From positions 12,896,001 to 12,960,000 of the forward strand of contig NC_092671.1 of NCBI RefSeq assembly GCF_964355755.1: a stretch of 64,000 nt of DNA. Direction: 5' to 3'. This DNA is from Antedon mediterranea. Its lineage: Eukaryota; Animalia; Echinodermata. The notes beneath the pieces are model-generated. The model ran no database searches. It saw only the letters and a program-made list of their open reading frames with translations, and was not told the origin of the DNA. The translations under genes and the position numbers were made by a program. Within the stretch, counting starts at the first letter, position 1; every line of letters begins with the position of its first letter. Of this stretch, positions 52,531-64,000 are shown piece by piece.

Positions 52531-52992
52531 GGATATAATACCTCTGTATAACTTTCAGTTCCAGCTCAGAATCAGTAATTGTTTGGCGGAAATAATTACA
52601 CAGTACTGTACTGTATGTTTATTTCAGTCTTGAAGATTCTTTTATTCTTTTATAAAACATTTTCTTATTGTAAATAACTTTGACTACTCTACTAAGTGAA
52701 CAATTTTTGGTATAATATATCTTATTTTACTTATGGTACAGTAAGTAAAATTATGGTATTCAAAAATTATAATGATAAGGATATAATACCTCTGTAGAAC
52801 TTTCAGTTCCCACTCAGAATCGGTAAACTGTTTGGCGGAAAGAATTGCACAGTATGTTTATTTCAACATTCAAAATTCTTTTATTCTTTTGTAAAACATG
52901 ATATTATTGTATTTAAACATAATTTTGACTACTCTACTAAGTAAACAATTTTTGGTATAATGTATCTTATTTTAGTTATGATACAGTAAGTA
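52531..52992. repeat. diverged tandem duplication (about 215 bp aligned, about 248-bp period) immediately downstream of the MAN2C1 stop
   Basis: 52531-52747 and 52779-52992 share ggatataatacctctgta, tgtttggcggaaa, ttgactactctactaagt and aacaatttttggtataat. Confidence 0.9.
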
Positions 52993-52995
52993 CAA

Positions 52996-55900
52996 TTAAA
53001 TTAAATCAAAACTTAAGATAAGGCTGATAATCTGGAATGGGTTTAGATGAAGTTGAATGGTACCATTGTTGATATCCATTGTTTCCGTGGGTTTTAATTC
53101 CTCCAAAATATTGCATCTGCAATAAATAGTACATGCATATAAAGTAAGGTAAGTTCATAATTGTACTTCTATTCTAATTCCTGGAAACGTTTGCTAATTT
53201 GTTCCTAGAAAATGTTTTGATTAATTCCTTAATTGTTCTTGCAGTCAAATTTGCATATAAGATAAGATGATATTTATTGGTCCATCATAAAAGGAAATTG
53301 ATTTTGGCATACATACATATAAATACAAATAGGTTGATGGCCTATATACAAATAAAGTCTCCCTGTGAGGAGAGTTGAACATTGACAAAAAAAAATTATA
53401 ATGTATTAGGCAGCTTGGTTAAAAAAGCAATTTAATTACTAACACAATTAAAGAGTCCTTAAAAATGAATTTGTTTACATACTTCATCCATACTTGAGAT
53501 CTGAATATACTCTGAATCAATTTACCTGATAGCATGCTGGAATGGTAAACTGGTTATTAAAAATCCGGTTGAGTGGCCACCATAAGCTTCGTATAACCGA
53601 ACAACCAATGCATCATCTCGATCTTCAGCCTGTATGTAACATACAATAAACATAAAATAATTTTAAATAAATTGTTTGCCCCGCCTTACCTTTTATATTG
53701 ATAATTAGAATTTGAAAAAGCATTATCTGGAAAATGATTTATCAAAATGTTGAGGCTCTAACAGCTGTTTAATTAGTGGGCTGGTTACTCTTATTTATAT
53801 ATTAACATTCATTTACAAGACAGTTAGCAAAGAACTTAAACAATGTCTTAATTACCTTTTTAATTGTATCCAGAATGATCGCAGGATTGGACACTTTGAA
53901 ATAAGACATAATTTTTGCACCAAGAGTGGGTGATTTGACAGCCATGACTTGAAGAGGGTTGTTGAAATCATAAGCAGCTTGTACTACTCTAGCTTCTTGA
54001 AAGGTTCCTGAAGAAAATAAATCACAATTAATTATAACAAGATCTAATTACTTTTAAATTAAAACAAACAATAATGAATACCATCATTTATAAAATTAAT
54101 GAGATAACTTTACAACCCAACAAAGTGTTCCCCAAAGGAGATTCTGTTATATCCTTACCTGTATGTGGTAGAACCGAGTAGTTGAAATGATGTGTTCCCA
54201 TATCTGCATTTGCATCCGGGCTTTTAGAAGATCTCAATCTGTTAAATTAAAACTTATTCTTGTTATAGAAATTAAAATTAAACTTTAAAGATACAAATTA
54301 TACTAAAGCAAACAATACTTTTGATATTCATATTTAATAGTATAAAAATATACTTACAGAGACATGCTGAGAACATTGTCTTTGGCTGAAAACCCATACT
54401 TGCAATCATTCAACAATGAAACTCCAAACCCAAATTCAGACATATCTGCCCATTTGTGACCAACAACCTATAATATAAAATCACATAAATAACCATGTGC
54501 CAATTTCACTAAGACGGCTGGCCACTATCATCTGCATTTGTTTTATCACTGCCATCACTTGATTTTCCTCTCTGCCTTTCTCCTGCTCATGTAGCCTTCA
54601 ACGATGATGTAATAAATATTACTAATATAAAATTATTAAACTGAAAGGTCAATTAACCAAATTCTGGTACGAAAGTTATTTGTACTCTTTAACACAGAGA
54701 ATCTATTGAATACAGTAATACAATAATGTGCACTATCAATCCTATAAAAAAAATTAGTAATACTGTACAACAAAGCAAAGTAGACACACCTCATATTTTG
54801 CCCAATCCCATGACGTGTTGCCATGAGTCGGCCTCTGCAGATGCCCAAACTGGATCTCATAAGTAGCATTCAATGTGCGAACATCTAACGGAAATTCTAC
54901 TTTAAGTAACTTATGACTTTCATGCCATTCAACCTAAAAAACAGATTTAAAGACAAATTGTATTTTAAGAAACTTACAGTATAATAAACATCGATCATTT
55001 AATAATAATGATAACTACTGATTGGAAGTCTTCCATAGAAATTCCATAGTAAGCTAAAGCTTGGTCTACACTATCAAACTTTATGTGACAAAAACATGTT
55101 ATGCGCCCCTATATGGACATGTCATATCATCACTACGATATTTGGGCATATCGCTACGATATTTGGGCACATCACACTTTTTTGTCATACACTTTGATAG
55201 TGTAGAACAAAAAAAATTATTTAAAAAAAATAAATAAAAAATTACTTGTGTGTTAAACACCAGATTGTGTGCACAAGCATCTAGCACAATGTCTTGCTTA
55301 ATCCAACTCTTTTCACTTATTGCCAGTTTATATGAAACTGCACATCTTAAACCACAATCTTCAGTTATTGAAGTCTGTGCTTTAATATTTGTTATTGGTG
55401 ATCTGAAATAAACAATAATAATAATAATTTGATTTGACTAAGACAACATAGCACAAGAAAGATCTTATTTTCAATTTAGATTATTGTTATATATAATTTC
55501 AAAAAATATGCCCATGCCTCATTCTATTGGTAACTTGCAATCCAGTCCTTACACTGAATGATAGCTACAGGCATGCTTTATGGTATTTTAATACAGCAGG
55601 TTATTACATTGTATTTTTCATTTCCATATCAGTGATTGACTATGTTGGTCTGAATTACCTGGTTTCCATGTGATAATCCATCACATCCCATGCATCCCAA
55701 TATAAAGGAACATCATCAAATAAAACAAACTGGTTGCCATAAAAAGCTTCACTGGCATCTTCCTTAAAAGCATTTCTAAAAAACGGTTTAAACACATAAA
55801 ATAAATAAATAAAAACAATAATTCACATTGGAGAGCAAAAGCAGAGAGGAAAAGGGAGATTTGTCCAGAATGAAGTATTAAATATAATATATATCTGTAT

Positions 55901-58900
55901 TAACTATAAAATAATAAAAACACTGTGAAATTTGTCAATGTACCGGCCAGTTCGCTTGTGTAGTAGTTTACAGACCCTTCCTGTCCTGTCTATGTAAGCA
56001 GTTAACAATCCATTATCCATAATTGCAAATTCGTCTTCAATCTTGACAGTGCAGGGAATTGGTTTGTCTTCAGGACTTTGCAAAATACTGTAACCCATAG
56101 ATGGTACCTCAACTAAGGCTAAAGATTGAATGTATAAAATATTGTAAAGTTCTGTTAAAACAGAAACTTGTAAATTAAGTTATAACTTATTGATAATAAG
56201 AAGTAAAATTTAGTATCCCTTTTATTAACCACTCTATCTAATAAAGAAGAATAACCATGTTTTAAGACCTAAGATAAAACCTTACCAAGTGTTTCTCCAC
56301 AGCTATTTAAAGCAGTTTTAATATCTGTCTTCTGTTTCTTGTTCTTTGGTTGAGTTGATTTAAATATATCACCTGATATCGTCACAACTTCTGACCTATC
56401 CCAACAATGTGTGTTGATTAGGAATATTTCATTCTCCCCCTATATTGCAAGAGACAAGATACTAATAACATATATATCCAAAAAATTGACCAGAGTGCCG
56501 TAAATACATCAAATGATAAATCTTAAAATTACGCACATTAAAACTTAAGATAAAAATTACAAGCATTTTAAAATTTATGATAAAAATGATAAAGATTAAA
56601 ATTTAACATCATTATTGATCCTAGGACCCAAAAAACACCAGTCAGTGGAATGATCAGTCTTGTTGCATCGGTGAAGACTTCAAGCCACTACGGCGGGAGT
56701 CATGCTTATCATTATTATTATTATTCTTAAGATACTCAGGAGCGGATCATAGCAATTTCACTAATAGGGAGCTTTTGATTTGAGAGAACCTACAGTACCT
56801 AGGTCAGTTTTATCGATTGTGTGTGTCGGGCGTCTTCTGGACCTAGAAACTTTCAAAACTGAGTTAGAAAACATGTCACAATATCCCTGTATGCGCACAG
56901 TGTATTAACATAACATACTTTGGTCATTGGAAATCAAAGGCTCTCTATTGATAGATTTAAAAAGACAAGATACTACGACTGGAATACTTCTGGAAAACAA
57001 CTAGAGATATATATTCAGCATTTATTGCTACTTATCTCAAAACCTACTTCATTATCTTTGTGTTGAGTTATAGCTTTGATTCCTAACTGCAACAGGTTGC
57101 TCCCTTCTGTTTCAATTTCATCATACAATTTCAAGGCATCTTGAACAACCTATTCAAACATATAAAATAATTATTTACTGAAGTGAAGGAAAACAAATAG
57201 GCAAGGAAGAATGAAAACTACGTGGCTAAATAAGAGGATGGAATATATTCTACTAATGGCTGACTACAACTGGGAGACCTAAAGCTAGGAAAGGTATTGC
57301 TGAAAATAATGTAGGTACAGTATTCATTTATTTATTTTAATATTTGTGCAACATGTTGTAATGTAATGTAATTACTTCATATACTAACCAATTCAATGCA
57401 GCTACCTGGTAAAACATCATGGAACTGATTTATTAACAGTTTCTTCCACATAGTATCAAGTTGCATGCTGGGATATTTGATGTCATTCACAGCAACCAAC
57501 ATTGAATATATAAATTCAATGTTGTGCATCATGAATTCTAGTCTTCTGTTTTTCCTTTTTAACTACAAAAAAATTTGAGATTTTGAGTACAATATGACAA
57601 ATTTCATCAAAAAGATTAGATAATGATAGTAAAGCATTTAGCCAAAATAATATGACAAGCATACCATTGCTTGTGTGGTAAATGTCCCTTGGTGTAATTC
57701 CAGATAAAGCTCTCCAATCCAGCGACAAAGATTGCTAGATTCTTTTTCAATGACATCAAAAAACTGATCAGGAGTAGACTGTGATATTCTAATAAAAAGT
57801 ATAGGTAACGATAATTATCATAATTTTTGGAGATGGTGGTATGTTAGGGCGTGGCCTTATGAGGTTGTGGTTGGTGGATTAGTCCATTATTGAAAAGCTC
57901 TCTGCCAAAAGGAAACAGGCAATTTTTGGTTTATCCAGATAAGCTAAGCATGAAAAGTCCTTGTAAACAGTAGTAGTTTAAGTTTGCAAATAGAAGTACA
58001 CAAAAATAAATCCCAAGAAAACTTACTTTGGAATTCTATCCACATCCTTCAGTCGGTCTAGTCTTTCTAACATATCTTCTCTAAAAATGATAATTTAATA
58101 GATAAACACATACTGTACATACACTACAAACAAGTATCCATATACAATTTATAAAAATAGAAATCATACATACGTTGGTCCTCCTCCTCCATCTCCAAAA
58201 CCAAAAAGCAAAACTGTGTTCCTAGTTCGTCCCTTGTCTTTTAGCTTACCAACACTATTAAGTACCTGAAAAAAAAAGAATTTTATGTTAGTCCTTTTGT
58301 TAATGTAGTTTGTGACCAGGTTTTTGGACCAAGAAGAATGTCCAGGTTTTCAAGTCTGCAATGGTGAAATATGGCCAATGGAATGTATTACTTTATAATG
58401 CTAATTAAACCCTCTAAAACTACATCCCATTAATTTCATAGCACCACATGTATATTCATATTAAAGTCAATTTAATCTTCATCTTCTTCAATAATGAATA
58501 CAAATTATCACCCCAATTTTAAACGCATTGAATATTACACAAATCAGTGATTATAAAGTAATTTCATGTTTCCAGATTGGATAGATTATCTTGTATGACA
58601 GAGGAACATTAAAACATCTTTGAAAAGGTACTTACATCTGCAGCTGTTGCCGATGTCCCATAAGAATCAGCTGGTGGAAAATGAGTTAAACATTTAGTTC
58701 CATCAATTCCTTGCCACCAAAAAGTATGATGCTATAAAAATGTTAGATTTATAACATTTAATATATTTATGATTTATTACTGTATATACTGCACCTGTAC
58801 TTTATAAACCAATACACTATCATTGTTATATAATTCATGTAAATCAAATAATGAATTTAAAAAATACATTTTGACCGTACATGGGTAATAAATGGGTAGT

Positions 58901-61900
58901 AAAATAATAGAAACAAGCCATTAGGCTTTACAAAAGTTTTTTTTTGTGTTAAATCAATATGCTGATGCTACAATAATCAGTATGCAAAAACTATTCACAA
59001 AGCATCTGATAATACAGTCAATTTAAATATTAAAGTGTCTAACTTATAAGCACATAAATATAGAATACCGGAAATGTATTTATGAGACCCCAGCTAAGCT
59101 TCTGCGTGAGGAATCTTTGAATGCCAGCACTGCTCATTATCTGTGGCAATTGAGCAGAATATCCAAATGTATCAGGAAGCCAGAACTGAAAAGATAAAAC
59201 AATTAAACTTGTATAGATAAGTTATCTTTCCCAGACCATCCTAAAAAAATCAAAGTTTTAACATGTATTCTTTTCAAAACTTTAAAAAATGTACTACAAC
59301 TTAGAAGGAAATTTCCCTAAGTAATTAATAATTTAAATACAAAGATGTTCAATACCTCTTTACACTTTATGCCAAATTCCTTCTGAAAAAAGCGCTGTCC
59401 GTAAATAAACTGCCTCACAAATGCCTCACCACTGGGTAGGTTGCCATCCATCTCTACCCAGGTTCCTCCAACAGGAATAAATCTGCCATCATCAACAAAC
59501 TTTGAAATACGTTGATAGAGTTCTGGATAGGAGTCTTTCACCCATTCGTACTGCTGGGCCTACAGAAAATACCATATTGACTATATCAATGAAAATGTGG
59601 TAACATTGTAGAGGGATCGCGACACCAAAAATGTAGTGGGATAGTTTTTGTTTTAAATAACTATTACATTTAAAACTTGTTACCAATCATGGCCAGCCCA
59701 ATGTTGTCCAAATATGTGATGCTCGCTTAATACATTTATATCATAAGGCAACCAGCAACAAACCTGAGAACAAACAAATTTGTAATCTGGGTAACTGTCC
59801 ATCAATTGAATAGTCGATGCCCAACTTCTGGCACATTTCCGTTTTGTTTCATCATACTGCCACAACCATGCTTTTAAAAAAAAGAAATAAATTGAAAGGA
59901 TGACATTTTTAAAAAAGTTCAAAATTATAAATAAGTTATGCAAAACAATGGTGTATATTATGTACCTGTATCAATATGGGCATGCCCCATAGCATGTACA
60001 GTAAGCTGGGAGTCACCATTATGCTGATTGAAGAATTCTGAAGACAGACTACGTGCTTTACTGTAACCAGTTGATTCATGACTACAAGACAAGTTGACCA
60101 TCTCATTGGCAGTATAAAGAGCTTGGTATTTCCTTGGGGTGTCCTCTGGAAGTTCCTAAAATATCAGGTTCTATTGTTAAATTGGAATTATGCATTGACA
60201 ATTGTTAATAAAACAGAATTTTGTCTGGTGATTTAACATAGGGTTTAAACTAACTTACCAAAAGGAATTGCCAAAAATTATTTTAATAACTTTATACAAA
60301 GCTATTGACAATTGGACCTCTTCAGTTTCTGAAAGAGGATAATGTAGTAGGTACTATTTTGCGGTGCAGTTGGTTGAAAATTCTATTCTTCTGGATATAA
60401 TGTACCATGGAACATGACTAAACTAAGACACTGAATTTTATATTAACATGTTATTATTGAAATATTTTGAGAGTTGATGGTATCATAGACCAAATAAATA
60501 ATGAAATGAAATGAAATTATCTTAATTATACACAAAGTCATTCTCTTTTCAATTCATGAATTTATATGCAACACATAACTACTGTATTAACTTACTTTAG
60601 CAATACATAGAAGGATGTCTAAATCTTGAATTAGATGGTAAACTTGTCGATTAAAAATAGCAATTTGACATGTAGATAAAGTAAACATCTTGTCAGGTTT
60701 TGGTGGCCCTATAAAATGGTCTCCTGCACCAGACATTGAATTGCATGCCATTTCGATGTGAAATGTATGACTACAATAAAAGAACATCTCAAATATTCAT
60801 TAACTTAATATAAAGCCTGTTATTTTAATCTTTATTTAGTGGAGTTGTAGCTTGGTGGTTAGCTGCTTGACTACCGATTGCAAGGTGCTGGGTTCAAATC
60901 ACCCAAAGACTTTGTGTAGAAGAACATGTTTGCAATCTCTGAGGACAGTTAATGAACTCACTTTCTAGTATATCTATTATTGGCAATCTGTCTAAAATAA
61001 GAATATTTAATAATAGAATATTATAATAAATATACTGAGTTACCTTAATTGGTCCTCCCTGAGTTGTTTTGATATTATAAAATCATTTCTATCATTGTTA
61101 AAGCCTTTTAGAGCAACACCATTTTTCCAAATCTGTACAACATACAATATAGGTATTGTGAAGTGTTATTACCCAACTGAAAAATATCATCTAGTGGCTA
61201 AAGTGACTTTTTTTTAGAATAATGATTTGGTAAAATAAAACAATTATTATTACTTTCACTCCAAGAGATTTAATTTAATGTACACATATTACCAGTTTGT
61301 GGTCCATGGGCTTTTGTATTTTTATTGTATTGTTTTATAATATGTTATGAGCATTGTATCTGTACATGTACAATTACGAAATAAAGAAAAATGAATTAAA
61401 TGATTATTACTTTTTTCCGTCAATGCTACTTTGCAAATATATAAGGACTGTGAGTTGTTGAAAAATGTTACCCTCAGTAATGTTTGTGCCACACCAAAAT
61501 TAGATTATTAAGCCCTCCAGCAAAAATCTATACGTACCATAGCTTCTGAATTTGAATTCCAAACCAGGTGAACTTCTTTTCCTATCCATTCTGTAGGAAT
61601 ATTTATACAAATTAAAAACCAATGTGTTGCCCATCTACAGAAATAAAAATGATATATACTATTATTATTGTGGTACTGAAGATATAGAAAACAATAGACA
61701 TATTTTAATTAACATATCAGATACTTACGTTGGTCCAAATGACTGTCCTATTGTTGCTCTCTTGTATTCGAGACCAATAGCTGTTTCATATGAGATTCGT
61801 CCAGTCTGTCCAGAAGTGCTTATGTCATCCACTGATTGCCTTTCTCCATATAACCTTTTTAAAAAAAATTCTAAAACATGATCACAAATTTTACAGGCAT

Positions 61901-62105
61901 AATTATTCATTGTGGAAGCCACAAAATACTTTCCAGAAAATAAATGGTATTACAAATATCAACAAATAAATATTGCATTGATATATTTATATGCTACGTA
62001 CCGACCATATAAATTGACATCTGTAAAATAAGTATTTGATATAAATTTCTCAATCCGTTCAAATGTAGTTCGCCAATTCTTGTTTGTAACTGGTAATGAA
62101 TCCAT
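52996..62105 (-). CDS. MAN2C1: cytosolic alpha-mannosidase 2C1 (GH38), about 25 exons
   Basis: First exons 62105-62002 ([15 protein letters not shown]), 61854-61729, 61634-61538, 61132-61044, 60770-60596, 60155-59966 (GHAHID Zn ligands), 59870-59764, 59559-59356 ([15 protein letters not shown]), 59185-59069 ([10 protein letters not shown] nucleophile), 58731-58636. Further exons encode [27 protein letters not shown] and RLYEA. The last exon, 53116-52996, ends [14 protein letters not shown] stop. Frames of the middle exons were not all checked. Confidence 0.93.
55058..55207. mobile_element. MITE copy 2 (same family as 26287-26432, opposite orientation)
   Basis: agcttggtctacactatcaaactttatgtgacaaaa ... 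tttgatagtgtaga, with shared internal atatttgggca repeats. Confidence 0.75.
60843..60905 (+). mobile_element. tRNA-derived SINE head fragment in a MAN2C1 intron
   Basis: A box tagcttggtggtt and B box gggttcaaatc. No foldable cloverleaf. Confidence 0.45.
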
Positions 62106-64000
62106 TGTCAAAATAAATAAGAAATATTTCTTACTAAAAACGCTGCTCGTTGACGTAACAGTTTTAAAGATATATTGTCCCCCTGAAAAATATTTTTTGT
62201 TATTTTATTGTCACATAATAGTTATTCTGTTGCCTTATTTAAAAAATTGCTCAAAACTCATTTTTTCGACCACTAACATGCCCAGCGCCTTTGATTTTGT
62301 ACCTCGGTCTTTGAATTGACGCTTTATAAATATTGATATAATAATAATAATAATGATAATTATTTACCTGAAATAAAATGTAATTTAAAGCAAAAAAATC
62401 TTAAATTGTCTGTCAGACAATGGTTTTTGGGTTATAATTAAACGTTTCTTTTCTGTTAAATTTATACAGGAAATTATTTTTTTGTTACAGAAGTGAATAA
62501 CTTTTTGTATTTGATACTTTCATACTTTGATATGTCATAATTGTGCAAAATAAAAACTACTGAATCTGTAAAAGATGATGTCTAAATAATATTACTTTAT
62601 TATACTAAACAGACTCAATTTCTGTCACTTTAGTTTATTTTATTGCTAATGTCAAGTCTGTGGGTCACTTCATCAAGCCTAGCTGATGCTTGAAGTGTCA
62701 ACAAATTATGTCCTATTACAACCAAAAACTAGATTGACAGTCAATGGGACTCATTGTAAATACCAGAAATAATGTTTTGATTATTAGACAGTGAATTATT
62801 ATAATACTGGCCAATGTTGACAGACTCTCTTTTTCCAGCCGTGCTTTGGGGTTTGTAATTTTAGCATGACCCGTGATAGTTTACAAAGTACCAAAAACGT
62901 CGGCCTCTAGAACTATAACTGCTGCTTGCTTTAGCTTCTGAATGAGTAGTCCTCTTGGGACGTACCTGGCTAAAGCAGCACCTTGAAAAAAATGCGACTA
63001 AAAAAAAATTGCAAAAAGATAGTTGTCTACTCCTTGCTCACTTAATGATTCACAATGTGCAAAATATAGATATATAAAAGACACACTTAGACTATGAGTA
63101 CGGTATTCTGTTGGTCGGTGTCAAGAAGTAGAATGACATTCTGACATCTGATTGATTGTGGAGTGAAATATTAATATTAAGTTTTTAGCTTTTCAGAATT
63201 GTATCTTTCATTTGTTTGTATGTAAAGAAATTTAAACTATCTATTAGGCCCCTACCTAGTAATTGTATCTTGGAACCTGTATAACATATTAAAAATTGTG
63301 TGGAAGTACAACTATAATTATTAATTAAGTACATCCCCATCTCCACCCCAAATCCCCCCCCCCCCTCCCCTTGCTGGCTAATAATATTAATAATATTAAT
63401 AATAAAGTTAGTGTGTGAAGCGAAGCCGCCTATAAAATGTAAATCTCCTCATACAAATAAAACTATTTAATAAAACTATTAAGGCGGCCACTATTAACTA
63501 GGGCTGATAGGCTCTAATATACATGTAGGCTAGTGCATATACAATGAAATGCGAAAATAAACAACACCGATAAACAACAAGGTGCTAACCAACAAGTAAC
63601 CAACACTAACCCCAGCTCCGGATCCTCTCTCCACTGAGCTATATTTCCTATACCATCCTGGCTAGTTGAGAATTCTCAACTATTTTATGTTTTTTACTAC
63701 CTTTCTGGAAAATGATATAATCCAAATTGTATTAATACTACAAGTAGTAAACATTTAGAAACACTAGCATACCTTCACTAATTTTAGTTGTTTGTAGTTT
63801 AAGACAATCTTAGTGATATTTAAATGAAAACAATACGATAAAAACTATTGTGTCTGTATTTTACAAGACTATGACTTCCGTATAACGTGCATTGTGGGTA
63901 CTTCAATTTTTATAGAAAAGCTAGGGAATCCTAATTTAGTAGGCAGCATATGGGGGCGGGGCAACCAAACTTGCTTATCAAATCAAAGTACAGTAAAGCA

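Noticed and set aside
52526-52540. ATATCCTTT as an AT-AC U12 donor (also at about 42445 and 47197)
   Set aside because: No matching exon, branch point or AC acceptor. Such words are expected by chance in AT-rich DNA.
62300-64000. Possible further gene at the right edge
   Set aside because: I could not find exons with recognisable protein similarity on either strand.

Overview
AT-rich, intron-rich eukaryotic DNA from an invertebrate animal. A Deu-domain-like SINE and the GPCR type point to a deuterostome, probably an echinoderm (inference). I reconstructed eight protein-coding genes by hand from splice sites. In order: a second MED1 paralogue (minus, exons 1-13, running off the left edge), TMEM41A (minus), a complete 16-exon MED1 (minus), an intronless class A GPCR (plus), VPS25 (minus; not recovered by the ORF track, with a U12-type intron and an apparent 1-nt frameshift), UBE2F (plus), a membrane-anchored amidase-type PGRP with a kappaB site (minus), and MAN2C1 (minus). 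Non-coding DNA holds many MITEs, PIF/Harbinger derivatives, Helentron-like elements, tRNA-derived SINEs, a LINE remnant and a 1.5 kb 29-bp minisatellite. The most notable observations are (1) a tandem, apparently selected duplication of the normally single-copy Mediator subunit MED1, and (2) comparisons between local duplicates showing that the abundant TACAGTA/TACTGTA and TAGGCCTA words behave as insertions at TA sites, like transposon excision footprints, with the GGCC type piling up near gene 5' ends. No CRISPR array, rRNA or intact tRNA was found. All homology calls come from remembered family motifs, not from database searches.
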